Source of the DNA: Octopus bimaculoides
Taxonomy: Eukaryota
Length of the DNA: 64,000 nucleotides
Direction of reading: 5' to 3'
Assembly (NCBI RefSeq): GCF_001194135.2
Contig: NC_068982.1
Coordinates: 11,634,446 to 11,698,445, forward strand
Notes under the pieces: generated by a model
What the model was told of the DNA's origin: nothing
Seen by the model: only the letters and a program-made list of their open reading frames with translations
Database searches by the model: none
Position numbers and translations under genes: made by a program
Shown: piece after piece, positions 40,411 through 52,770 of the stretch
Layout of the letters: the number at the start of each line of letters is the position of its first letter
How positions within the stretch are numbered: position 1 is the stretch's first letter

Positions 40411-41371
40411 AAAGATAAAAGGAAAACATACTTGCATGATAAAGGTGTCTCTAACAGAGATTATCTCTTTTCTGTTATGTTGTTGAAGGGATTAACAGGA
40501 ATAAGAAAAGAAATATAAGGAAACTATTCCTTTGATTCCCATGTAAAACTTGTTTCAAATCACGGTATTTTTATCAATGATAATAACAAGGATTATAATG
40601 AAACATGCCTCCTGCACAGTTATTTGTCTTTTCGCAGTTTTATTAATGGTGTCAGAGTATTGAGTTGTTCAAGAAATGATATTCTATATTTGATGAAGAG
40701 GCAAATTTTCCATTTGTGATTTCTTAATTGCTATTAACTATGTTAGGTGTCTTAGACTGGGATAACTAAGTAACTGGAGGAGACGGGAGCACTTTAAATT
40801 GTTGCTGGTTTAGTGATTAGAGAAAAATGTAGATGAAAAATGAATTGCTGAAAGATGCATTTGTGTGGAACTAAATCTTCTCAGAAAATGAAAGAATTTT
40901 CTGTCTGTCTGTCAAATCTGTGTTAAGATATTTAATGCAGTAACAATCAGAGATAATTATGTGATGAGGAATAAATGTGATAAAGACAATATTAGCCAAT
41001 GACTAATATGTGTGCGCACACACACAAAGATTATAAATAAAGAGAGAAATATACTATGATAAAAGTTATTTTTTCTTTTGTATTGTACTATATTGTATAT
41101 GTTGTGTAGAATGATACATTAAGTAGCTCTTTTTATGAGTACCACCAGATTAGTTGAATCCATATATTGTGGCTTAAATATATGTATATTTAGGGATAGC
41201 AAAATCCTATGAAAGTACTAGTTAGTTACCTATACAAAGAATGTTGAACATTATAGTTAATACTCAACTGCAAGGTAACTATATAACCTGTGTTTTATAT
41301 ATATTTATTTATTATAATAAGATGAGAAAATAGAGAGGTTATTAATAAATTATTATTTATTAATTAAAAAA

Positions 41372-41478
41372 TTGACAAACATCTCTTACAGCTGTTTCAG
41401 TTCCAGACTTTCAGAAAATTGATTAATTAAATTAAAAATTATTTGAAAGTTGAATCTCTTCAGAGGGCATCTTGCCAA
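41372..41478 (-). ncRNA. Type I hammerhead ribozyme motif with extended stems
   Basis: Reverse complement reads TTGGCAAG-atg-CCCT-CTGAAGA-GATTC..long AU stem..GAACT-GAAA-CAGCTG-TA-AGAG-atg-TTTGTCAA. Confidence 0.75.
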
Positions 41479-41648
41479 CTAGGCACTCTTGTACTGTGGA
41501 TATTTATTGTTTTGTTTTTAATCTTTTATGTCTTAAAAATATACAAAGCAAGAATTTTTAAGGACTCTGGTGATAACAATTTACACAAATTTTGCAGCTG
41601 TTTACTCAACATGCAGGAATTGAACACCTATGCTGTATATCTTAAACT

Positions 41649-41744
41649 ACCTCTGAAGAGGTTCAACTTTCAGATAATTTTTAATTTAATTAATTAATTT
41701 TCTGAAGGTGTAGAATTGAAACAGCTGTAAGGGATGCTTGTCAA
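41649..41744 (+). ncRNA. Type I hammerhead ribozyme motif, stem I 5' strand truncated
   Basis: acct-CTGAAGA(41653-59)-GGTTC-a-ACTTTCAGA...TCTGAAGGT-gta-GAATT-GAAA(41718-21)-CAGCTG-TA(41728-29)-AGGG-atg-CTTGTCAA. Confidence 0.75.
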
Positions 41745-41881
41745 TTTTTTAATTAATAAATAATAATTTATTAATTACCTCTCTATTTCTTCATATATAT
41801 ATATATAGTTGAAATTTATAGAAAAACAAAAGATGAAGACAGGTGTATGAACAACAAGCAGGTGTATTAGCTTGATGCTCG

Positions 41882-41951
<70 letters not shown>

Positions 41952-43199
41952 CAGATAAACACACACACACACACATTATACAGTATATAGGAAATTTTCT
42001 TTTCTAAATTTCAACATCTTTCACTTTATTTTATGACATAGTATTTAACGACTTCAGAGTATCACCAGGAATAATGACTGAATGCTATTTAAAATGATGT
42101 TAAAATTTTAAATTGCTTACTGGTTACTTTGTTTTCTTCTTATGTATATAATCACTCTGTCAGTATACTGGACACTATTATAAAGTCTTTGAATAATATA
42201 CTAGATTTATTGAAATAACGAACAAAGCAATCTTTTTATTTCAGATGAATTCATTGACTCTAAAGAAAAAAAAAAAATTAATGTGTTTATTCATGTATTT
42301 TATTTATTTATGAATTAATGAACCTAGAACTACTAATATATATAAATGGATATTTTCAGAAGACTTTAGACCCAAGCTGATTACAATGATATCACATTCT
42401 ATACAGTGTGATTAGTTTTTGTTTTTTTTATTTAAGAAATATATATTTTTTTAACCCTGGCATCTTGTAGACTAGGCACTCTTGAACTGTGGATGTATAT
42501 TGTGCTTTGTTTCTAATCTTTTATGTCTTAAAAATATACAAGGCAAGAATTTTTAATGACTGGTGATAACTATTTACTCAAACTTTTGATTTGAACGTTA
42601 AGTACAAACATATTCTAATAACATTAGTCGTTTCGTTACCATATTTTTATTGTAATATACCAACTTTGTTTCAATCAATTTTTAAAATAATGAAAATTTT
42701 ACACAAATAACTGTCACTACCTTTTAGTGTTCAAATTGCTCTGTTAAGCATAATGCTTTTTCGCTCAAATTGTTTTGAATTAATCATGCATTATCTTATA
42801 GCTTTGAGATTTCAATGATGTGATTGTTTATTTTTAGAATGTTAATGTAGGTTATGTGCGAGAAGCTAGATATGGCCAGTTTGAATGTAAAATATGTAGA
42901 ATGTTTGGGTTGTATATGACTGGTTTAAATACTGGTGTTTAGAATATAGATTAACCTGAAATTTTGGTGGAACACTTTAACTTAGTAAAACATAGATTAA
43001 CCTGAAATTTTGGTAGAAGATTTTAAATTAGATTACTTTAAAACCAGAGGTTTACTTCATGGAACCTGGGGTGGCTTCAGGCAGGTTGGTACCAAAATTA
43101 TTCTTATAACATTTTATACAAACTTATTCTATTTAAGAATAGAAATCTAGCTGAACAAAAAGTGTTATAGATTGCTGGCAAAGAAATGAAGAGATTGTG

Positions 43200-43600
43200 A
43201 GGTAGGCTGTGTGGTAGGAAGCTTGCTTCCCAAACACATGGTTTTGGGTTCAGTCCCACTGTGTGGCACCTTAGGCAAGTGTCTTCTACTGTAGTCTTGG
43301 GCTAACCAAAGCTTTGTGAGTGGATTTGGTAAACGGAGACTGAAAGAAGCCCATCATGTATATGTATATATCTATGTAAGCATGTCTTTGAGCTTGTGTT
43401 TGTCCCCCCCCCCCCACTGCTTGACAACTGGTGTTGGTGTGTTTACATCCCTGTAACTTAGTGGTTTGGCAAAAGAAGCTGATAAAATAAGTACTAGGGT
43501 TAAAAAAAAAATAAGCCTCAAGTCCTGGGGTCGATTTGTTTGCCTAAAACTTTTCAAGGTGGTGCCCAAGCAACTGATTGAAACAAGTAAAAGGTAAAAA
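43200..43600 (+). mobile_element. Family A SINE
   Basis: Head, core and tail present. Confidence 0.85.
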
Positions 43601-43629
43601 ATAAAAGGAAAGATTAGAAAATATTGGTT

Positions 43630-44262
43630 CCAAATTTTGGCACGAAGCCAGAAATTTCCAACCCCAAAAGGACGAAAGTTGACCTCAGCGGAATTTGAAC
43701 TCAGAATGTAAAGACAGAATATAAGACGGTGAACTGGCAGAATCGTCAGCATGCCGGGCGAACTGCTTAGTGGTATTTCGTCTGCCGTTACGTTCTGAGT
43801 TCAAATTCCGCCGAGGTCGACTTTGCCTTTCATCCTGTTGAGGTTGATAAATTAAGTACCAGTTACGCACTGGGGTCGATGTAATCGACTTAATCACTCT
43901 GTCTGTCCTTGTTTGTCCCTTCTATGTTTAGCCCCTTGTGGGCAATAAAGAAATAAGAATGTAAAGACAGATGAAATAGTGCTAAGCATTTCACCTGGTC
44001 TGCTAAGGTTTCTGCCAGCTCACTACCCATTTATTTCTTTATTGCCCACAAGGGGCTAAACATAGAGGGGACAAACAAGGACAAACAAAGGGATTAAGTC
44101 GATTACATCGATTCCAGTGTGTAACTGGTACTTATTTATTTGACCCTGAAAGGATGAAAGGCAAAATCGACCTTGGCAGTATTTGAACTCAGAACATAAA
44201 GACAGAAAAATGCCGCTAAGCATTTTGCCCAGCGTGCTAACGATTCTGCCAGCTCGCCACCC
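43630..44262. mobile_element. Cluster of three family B SINEs; a + copy is nested in a - copy
   Basis: 16-bp TSD agaatgtaaagacaga at 43703-43718 and 43956-43971. Another - copy at 44035-44262. Confidence 0.9.
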
Positions 44263-44689
44263 TAGAATTAGAAAGATATTGAAAACAAATTATTTTCTAC
44301 TGATACTTTTCATGTGGGTTGTTATCTGTCACAAAAGGTAAAGAAAAGAATGTTGATTTAATCACAAAAAAAAAAAAAAATGCTAAAATAGTTAACAAAC
44401 AGGTGTGACATGTATTTAGAATAATGATAATACCCACAAGTAATGAATGAAGAAAATATAAAAGAAAAAAAAACGAAGAGAATAAAAGAAAAAGTCTACC
44501 GCCAAACATTTTTATACTTCATAGAAATTGTCCCTTAATCTTTTTTAATTGACATTTAAAAACACTAAGTGGTAAAAGGTCACCATATTGATAATAACAG
44601 GGAAATGGGTTGTTCTAATAACACTTAAAATAGCAGAAATAAAGTTAGTTTAAATTCTTTATGCATATTATAAAAGCAAACACATGCAA

Positions 44690-45212
44690 GCACCCACTCA
44701 CAACTCACACTCATTCAATATTTTTAACATGTGCTCATTCACACAAACACACACACACACACATTCTCTGTCTCGCACACATACACACACACTTATGCAC
44801 ACTCACTCACAAACACACACACACATATGCACACCCACCCTCACACACTCATGCATGCACACACACACACACACACACAAACACACATGCGCACACACTC
44901 ACAGACATACACATTCTCTGTCTCACACATGCACACAATTATGCACACACTCACATACACATATGCACACACACTCACACACATACACACATTCTGTCAC
45001 ACACACACACATGCACACACTTGTGCACACACACACTCACACACACACACACCTATGCACACAGACACTCACAAACACACATATGCACACACACATTCAT
45101 ACACACATTCAAGCATGCATACATATGCATGCACACACACAAACACACATATGCACACACACACACACAAACACAAACACACATATGCACACACACACAC
45201 ACAAACACATGC

Positions 45213-45287
<75 letters not shown>

Positions 45288-45345
45288 AACACACATATGC
45301 ACACACACACACGTATGCACACACACACACACACACATACATACA
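44690..45345. repeat. Complex (CA)-rich cryptic microsatellite
   Basis: CA runs broken by tatg and aaac; the source of the His/Thr ORFs in all frames. Confidence 0.95.
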
Positions 45346-45964
45346 TTTAATACTTTTAATGCGCTGTATATCAAGAATGTCATTCACATAATCTAAAATA
45401 TACTTTCATTTTTCAAACACACTTCATAATTAGTGTGTTCTTTGCTAATGAGTTTTGCATTAAAATTCAATAGCTGGTATTTCAAGCTTGAAAACATCCT
45501 TTTCCAATCTCTTAACAATGATGGAACTCTCAAGTCATAGATATTAATCTCTATCAATTTTATTTTACTTTCTTTTCTTTTTTTTTTTGGTATTTAAATG
45601 TTTTTATCTTTACAACAATTATAAGTTAGTGATTGTGAATCAGTATTCTTGAAGATTCCCTAGGTGCACATAGAATGTACTTCATGTACGCTGAATGAAA
45701 AGCAAGCAGCTGTTTCTGATGTGAGCACCTGTTCTTAGTTACCAGCTACTCGTAATAGAATAGTAAGAACAATATTTTGTACAGTATGAAATCTTTGTAA
45801 ATCTTTATTAATTAATTAATTTGATTAATTAATTCTGAACATTATTCTCAAATTTATAACTACAATAGGAAAATAAGTCACAAACTGAGTTCAGTATAGA
45901 ATACTTGTTTCTTTCTTAAATATGTACGGTGGGGTGGGTGGGGTGNNNNNNNNNNNNNNNNNNN

Positions 45965-46463
45965 TGGGGGTGCTGAAATGTTCCTGGCTTTGGGTAAGAG
46001 AAAATACAGGACAATCAGTTTTCTCAGATTCACACTTATAGCAGCATCCTTCAGTGTTTCTAAGCTCTGTGAAAGAACTTGGAAAATTGTGCCTCCAGTG
46101 TGGCCTTTTGTGACACCCTTAAAACACACATATACATACATATGCATACATCATCATCATCGTTTAACGTTTGCTTTCAATGCTGGCATAGGTTGAACGG
46201 TTTGACTGAGAACTGGCAAGCTAAGAGGCTGCACTAGACTCTAATATATAGGTAAAAAAAATAGCCGACATTTATATTATTATAAATAATACAGAAGGAT
46301 CAGTTAATTATGATTGTATCCAACATATTCCCTTCTGAGATTCACACATTTATTGCAGCAGTCCTTCAGTTTTTCTAAGCTCTTAAAAGAACTCAGAAGG
46401 TTGGGTCTCCAACAAGGCCTTTCATGATGCCCTTAAGGCCAGGAACTTTTTAGCATCCCCTCA
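45965..46463. mobile_element. mariner-type MITE with internal rearrangement and an RTE-tail insert
   Basis: TIRs gggggtgctgaaatgttcctggcttt / aaggccaggaactttttagcatcccctca. Intact relative at 63549-63764. Confidence 0.75.
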
Positions 46464-47294
46464 CAGTAATCTAGCATTTTTAAGAGATATGTCTACTACC
46501 TCTGTCTTGATTTGTTGGACAATAGCACTTAAATAGATGACTGATAATGACTTTATTTACTGAGTGAAATTTTAATTCTGATTGATTCATTTTTAATCAA
46601 TTTTAAATGGATTCCTGTTTGCAAATTTGGTCATTATTTCCTGAAACTAAACCATTCTGTATTGAAACAAAATTTCACGAAAACTGGTTGTACTAGCTAC
46701 AACACTTCGCAAAAGCAAAACTATGAATAAGTTCACAATCTCTGATTACAAATTCATACCTTTTGTTAAAATAATTTCATCAACATTCATGATTTTTTAG
46801 CCTGAATAAGATTAAATGTATAGATTAACTCTTTTGGCTTTTGTGATAGGAAAACACTGGTAAATGTACGAGTTTATGAAATACTCTTTTCATAGCTTTT
46901 GTTTGGGCATGGGGACTTAATTTTGAAATATTCATAACTTTGTTTCTTTAAAAACCAGTTATTATGTTAAATTAATTTATTATCATTTTGTTTATTATCT
47001 GTTTTTGTTTAGTTGAATAACCTTGTTATTGTAGATTTATCCTAGCAATTATGAAGCTACAGACGTCTTTTTTGTTTTGAGCATTGATATAATTTTCATT
47101 TCACCATCTGTACTTTCATATTATACAAAGTACAGTGTTTATAAGTGATTAAATTTAAAATATGATTAAAGCAAAAAGTTATCGTCAAATATAATGTTCT
47201 TTCGGCATGATTTGTACAATTGCTTTGACGTTTTGGAGAAAATCATCTGCAGTACACCACTTAATATGCAAATACATATAGTTTTAATCTTGAT

Positions 47295-47490
47295 TTCAAA
47301 TTTTGGCACAAGGCCAGCAATTTCGGGGGAGGAGTAAGCTGATCACATCAACCCCAGTGTTATTTTATCAACCCTGAAAGAATAAAAGGCAAAGTTGTTC
47401 TTGGTGGAATTTGAGCTCAGAACATGAAGACGGATGAAATGCCACTTGACATTTTCCTTGGAGTGCTAACAATTCTGCCAGCTTACTGCT
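47295..47490 (-). mobile_element. Family B SINE
   Basis: Nin-like domain and head present in reverse orientation. Confidence 0.8.
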
Positions 47491-48100
47491 ATAGATATAC
47501 TTCTAATATTAGTTTCTGAACAATTATGATTTGTTATAGACGTAGATTGTTCACAGCAAAATTCTTGTTTACATGACGACTTGATTTTTTTTTTTTGTTT
47601 TTTCATTTTTATCTTAAACAAAATAGCAAAAACCTTTCATTAAACCTATGATAATTTCTCAAATACTACCATGTCAATCATTTGTAAATTAATTTACTAG
47701 TATGTCTTCAATAATTTGTGAAACTACATGTGCTATATTTTAGCACTGAAATTTGTTAATGCACCAACCAACGATTTAATTACAATTGTAACACAGTATG
47801 AGTTCTCTTGTAACTGATAACATTTCATTTACATTTATTTATTTTACTTTCCTTCTCACTGACATATTTCTTGAGAGAGCATTTCAGCATTTTTTTCTCT
47901 TTGTTACTCTAAATTGACGAGATCTTCTAAAGATAATTGTTCTCGGATTGTTTTAATATCAAATCATGTCTGTTTTTCTATCAAATGCTTTTTTCACTGA
48001 AATTGTTTCGTGTTACTAAGCTTCTTAATTCTCTTAAATCAATCCAAACACATAGTGTTGATAAGATTTACTACTGCTGCTGCTGCCACTGCTGCTACTG

Positions 48101-48159
<59 letters not shown>

Positions 48160-48742
48160 GAATTTATTGCTGCAATAGTTGTGGTTGTTGTTTAGTCTCC
48201 ACTCAACCTTGATCAAGTAGGCTTGTGATCAAAAGCCTTCCAGCTATAACCATCTCGTCTTTTGTGTGTGTGTGTGTGTGTGTTTGTGTAGGGTGGTATC
48301 TTGTACTGGAATATCTGTGTCCTCTGTCACTTTTTTTTTAAGACCTCAGGATGTAATTTGAACTCAGGATATAAAGATGGATGGAATGCTACAGATGGTT
48401 CTGCTAGCCCACAGCCTTCATTGTGAGCTGTAATTTGCAAGAGATTTGTCTTACATTCTAACAGTTTGAGCAACGATATACAGACACAGTCATTGGCATA
48501 TTTATGTAGACAGACAAATAGGTATCAGACCCTTATGTGAAAGCTACTTGTGCATAACTAGTACCTCATCCAGGATGTAGATTTATTTCTCACTAACTCA
48601 ACAACAATTTCCATAGACATAAGCTCTGTCTGTATAACTTCTTGTAACTTGTGTAAAAAGCTAAGTATTTATAGAATTAAATTGTTCCGGGAATATTTTG
48701 ATTCAATTTTTTTCCAAATCATATTTCCTTTTTTTCTCTGTA

Positions 48743-48784
<42 letters not shown>

Positions 48785-48905
48785 ACACACACACACACAC
48801 ACATAATCAATTAAAAAAACAGAGGGAAAAAGAGAAGAAAAGAAGACGTGAGGACATGGCACAAGCAATGTATTAATATGACGCTCAGTGAAAGACGAGT
48901 GTTGT

Positions 48906-48942
48906 TGTTTTATGTTTCAAGCATAGCTCTTCGTCGGAAACA
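48906..48942 (-). ncRNA. Minimal hammerhead motif variant in a Penelope-like end
   Basis: Reverse complement reads TGTTT-CCGACGA-A-GAGC-tat-GCTT-GAAA-CA-TA-AAACA. The downstream ctgagcgtca..taataca is shared with the 63243 copy. Confidence 0.55.
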
Positions 48943-49160
48943 GGAAAAACAGAAAAGTGCAAAGGGAAAGAAGGAAGAATGAGGAAAAAATTGCCAACAG
49001 TCCATGTGCAGTTGTGCAGAGGCATTATCCCATAGCTAATAGGAGTCATCCAAAGTATGGTCATTGCCAATTGAAAGCAGTATCTGTGTGTGCGTTTTGT
49101 ATATTGTGTGTTTGTGTTTACATATGTATGTATGTATTCATGTGTGTATGTATATATGCA

Positions 49161-49227
<67 letters not shown>

Positions 49228-49409
49228 GTATATATGTGTATGTGTGTGTATGTATATATATATATATATATATATATACATACATACATACACACACACA
49301 CATATATATATATAGGAAGAATTCATAAAAAAACAAAAGACGAAGACAGGTGGTGTAGAAAACAAACAGATTTATTAGTATAATGTTTTGGGAATTGAAA
49401 AAGTCTTTA

Positions 49410-49800
49410 CAGCATCAGTCACCTTGCCTTCTGTGAGGCCCAACGCTTGAAAGGTGCTTTTTACATGCCACTGGCATGGGTGCCAGTTACATGACACCAG
49501 CGTCAGCCACGATTTCACCTCGCTTGACAGTTCTTCTCAAGCATAACATATTGCCAAAGGCCTCAGTCACTAGTAATTGCTTCTGTGAGGCCCAAATTTC
49601 GAAGGTCATGCTTCACCACTTCATCCCATGTCTTCCTGGGTCTACCTTTATCACAATTTCTCTCCACACTTAGAGATCAGCACTTCTTTGCACAACTGTT
49701 TTCATCCATACACACCACATGACCATACCAGCGCAGTCGTCTCCCTTGCACACCACATCTGATTCCTCTTATACCCAAGTATCTCTTAAGATACTTGCAT
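49410..49800 (-). mobile_element. RTE LINE 3' fragment
   Basis: LGIRGIRCGVQGRRLRWYGHVVCMDENSCAKKC*...KGRPRKTWDEVVKHDL. Confidence 0.9.
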
Positions 49801-50065
49801 TTATTCTTATATATACTTACCAATTATGGCACAAGGCCAGCAGTTTTGAGGAGAGGAGAAGTCAAATACATGTTTAATTGGTATGTACTTTATTGGCCCT
49901 GAAAAGATAAACAGCAAAGTTGGCCTCAAAAGAATTTGAACTCAGAACATAAAGCTGAAAAGAATATTACCAATCATCTTATCTGGCATGCTAACAATTC
50001 TGCCAGATCACCTTATGTATTTGTAAGCATGTATATGTGTGTATGTGAGTGTGTTTGTGTGTATA

Positions 50066-51031
50066 CAGGCTGGACATAAAGTTACACATCATTTTAATAA
50101 AAATGGCTCAATTTATATTTTATTTTCCATTTTCTTGTACATGTTTAGAAGACATGCAGAATGTCATGTAGTATTAATTATCTGAGGAATCATAGAACAT
50201 CTGTAAATGGTAGCTCTTTTTTGTAGCATCCTCTTCCTCCTCATCATTAGTTAATTTCCATTTTCCATGCTGGCACAAGGGGAGGGGAAGTCAATTACAT
50301 GCTCAATTAATAATGTTCTTTATCGACCCTGAAAAGATAAACAGCAAAGTTGGCCTCACCAGAATTTGAACTCAGAACATAAAGCTGGTCTGACAAGAGC
50401 TGACAAGCCAGAGAACTGCACCAGGCTCCAATTGTCTGTTATGGCATGATTTCTACAGCTGGATGCCATTCCTAATGCCAACCACTTTACAGAATGTACT
50501 TGGTGATTTTACAGAGCACCAGCACCAGTTCTTTAACATGGCACCACTACAGGTGCTTTTTATATGGCACCAGCATAGATATGACCCTTAACTGTCACAG
50601 ATATGCCCCAGCATGGCCACAGTCCAATGAGTGAAACAAGTAAAAGAATGTCTTTGGGAAACAGAGATTGCGTGCTACCACACAATGAAGCATATAAGGA
50701 TTTTCTTTAATGATAGAATTTACGGAATTCATATTATAATCTGATATACTTGGACATCTACTTCTCCTTTCGTCGTGTACAGACACAGTTCATTTAGATT
50801 TGTTCTCTACTTACACACAATGTCTTATCTGTTAGTCCTGCTTTACTGAATTTCCTCTCAAACATATTTCTGATTTCATTGTACTTTTTTCCCATGGATT
50901 TGAAAGATAACCAATGCTACACACTCCATTGTAGTCATTGTATTCATCCCATGGGTCTGCAAAAGAAAAACACAAATTGAACCATGTTTTTTTTTTATCA
51001 TTAAAATAGAAATGATTTTATGTCTATGCTG
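50066..51031 (-). mobile_element. Internally deleted Tc1/mariner element with nested SINE and RTE fragments
   Basis: TA-flanked TIRs CAGGCTGGACATAAA / CAGCATAGACATAAA. Frameshifted N-terminus MECVALVIF..GK/KYNEIRNMFERKFSKAG..../NKSK*TVSVHDERRSRCP (HTH plus GRP-like linker). Confidence 0.75.
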
Positions 51032-51489
51032 TATGTGTGTGTATATATATATATATGTAAGGGACGACCGTGCAAACTCATAAAAGGAGAAATGGTGACG
51101 AATGGACAAACAGAGGACTCCTTTTATTTAAACGTGTCACACGGTCGAACATACAAATAGATATATCACATGGATGATATAGATGATATGTTATGCGACG
51201 ATAACATAGATGACCAGTAATGAAAGACCACAACCGTATTAGATGAATAACAGAGATATTTATTGTAGCGTTAAAGATGTATGTCTGTGTGTGAGTGTGA
51301 ATGCGACATATAAGAACATAATCAAAGACAGACCGTCATACAAAGAAAAGTGTGTATGTGAGTGATACATGAGTGTTTACAGCAAATAGAAAGAGTCAAT
51401 AACACGTGAGCAATTATACCAGATCTTGGGTACACAATAATATGAATCTGTATGTGAAGTGAGTTGGCTGAGTTTGGCAGAGCTGATCA

Positions 51490-52029
51490 CTAGTTGTGAT
51501 GTCGTGGCATCNNNNNNNNNNNNNNNNNNNNNNNNNNNNNNNNNNNNNNNNNNNNNNNNNNNNNNNNNNNNNNNNNNNNNNNNNNNNNNNNNNNNNNNNN
51601 NNNNNNNNNNNNNNNNNNNNNNNNNNNNNNNNNNNNNNNNNNNNNNNNNNNNNNNNNNNNNNNNNNNNNNNNNNNNNNNNNNNNNNNNNNNNNNNNNNNN
51701 NNNNNNNNNNNNNNNNNNNNNNNNNNNNNNNNNNNNNNNNNNNNNNNNNNNNNNNNNNNNNNNNNNNNNNNNNNNNNNNNNNNNNNNNNNNNNNNNNNNN
51801 NNNNNNNNNNNNNNNNNNNNNNNNNNNNNNNNNNNNNNNNNNNNNNNNNNNNNNNNNNNNNNNNNNNNNNNNNNNNNNNNNNNNNNNNNNNNNNNNNNNN
51901 NNNNNNNNNNNNNNNNNNNNNNNNNNNNNNNNNNNNNNNNNNNNNNNNNNNNNNNNNNNNNNNNNNNNNNNNNNNNNNNNNNNNNNNNNNNNAGAAACAT
52001 GTTGCTGATGTGGCGACGGCGGTGGTCAT
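51490..52029 (-). CDS. Candidate small protein-coding gene; most of the CDS lies in the N gap 51492-51992
   Basis: ATG at 52029 (caacgATGACCACCGCC, MTTAVATSATCF...), 126 nt below a TATA box. Alternative ATG at 52000 (caacATG). AATAAA at 51259-51264 and 51123-51128. The frame and stop after the gap are unknown. Confidence 0.4.
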   Translation of the reverse strand: MTTAVATSATCFXXXXXXXXXXXXXXXXXXXXXXXXXXXXXXXXXXXXXXXXXXXXXXXXXXXXXXXXXXXXXXXXXXXXXXXXXXXXXXXXXXXXXXXXXXXXXXXXXXXXXXXXXXXXXXXXXXXXXXXXXXXXXXXXXXXXXXXXXXXXXXXXXXXXXXXXXXXXXXXXXMPRHHN

Positions 52030-52146
52030 CGTTGGCTGGACGAAGCTGTTGAAGTGGTCGCTGGAACTGCTGCTGCTGTCGTGTGGTACACGGAACAGTT
52101 CTCAAAGAGAAACTGGACCGAGACAAATTTGGTTGCCGAGTTAAAG

Positions 52147-52291
52147 CTATTTATAACAAACTATGGGCTCCCGATGGCTTCAGAATTTTACTCTATCATG
52201 TGACCTTATTAGGGGCTGTGATTGGTCAGTTTGCGTTCTGGCGGGAACGGTTCGAAGAAGTTGCCGATTCGAATAATGATCAGTCACGTGA
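52147..52291 (-). promoter_or_regulatory. RNA pol II promoter: TATA, CCAAT and two E-boxes in a CpG-rich patch
   Basis: TATAAATAG (52147-55), TCATGTGAC (52196-204), TGACCAATCAC (ATTGG at 52221-25), GTCACGTGA (52283-91). I count 23 CpG in about 400 bp (51993-52395). Confidence 0.65.
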
Positions 52292-52770
52292 TGACAAGGT
52301 TAATGTTTTCCCCTACGTTCGCGTTTGTTTATATTTAAATGAGAAGAATGACGATAGCAGTTTTGTATCTAATGGCAATAGATATTAGAGACGATAGGTA
52401 GTTTATATATGTATAATATATATATAGGTGTAATATATGTGTATAATATATATATAGGTGTATAATATGTATACATGTATAATATATATAATATATATGT
52501 ATAATATATATGTATATATATTTATTTATTTATGTGTTTCAGCCAAGTGGCTGCGGTCATGCTGGTGCACCACCGTATATATATGTATATATATGTATAA
52601 TATAAAGCAGTTGTTTACTGTCAACTTAATGTGACAGACCCATTAAGGGAATCATACTGCTGCTATTTAACCCTAGGAAGATAGACTGCTTCCTGTTGGC
52701 CTTGACACATTTCCTGTGTCCTTATATTTGTAATGGGGAGACAAGCTTCCCCACCCAGCTTTAGTCTGCA

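Larger units (their letters stand above)
41322..41794. mobile_element. Fold-back element with about 145-bp arms, each carrying a hammerhead with an intact catalytic core
   Basis: 41322-41466 is the inverted copy of 41650-41794 around a 180-bp spacer. Confidence 0.85.

Noticed and set aside
44661-45396. Long His/Thr-rich ORFs (up to 235 aa), and the similar YI, CV and HT ORFs elsewhere
   Set aside because: These are translations of CA and TA microsatellites, open in all frames.
45664-45720. 57-nt in-frame exon-like segment (VHIECTSCTLNEKQAAVSD)
   Set aside because: Weak acceptor, no partner exons and no homology recognised.
52083-52388. 101-aa plus-strand ORF
   Set aside because: It starts at a non-ATG codon, has no recognisable motif, and overlaps promoter elements that point the other way.
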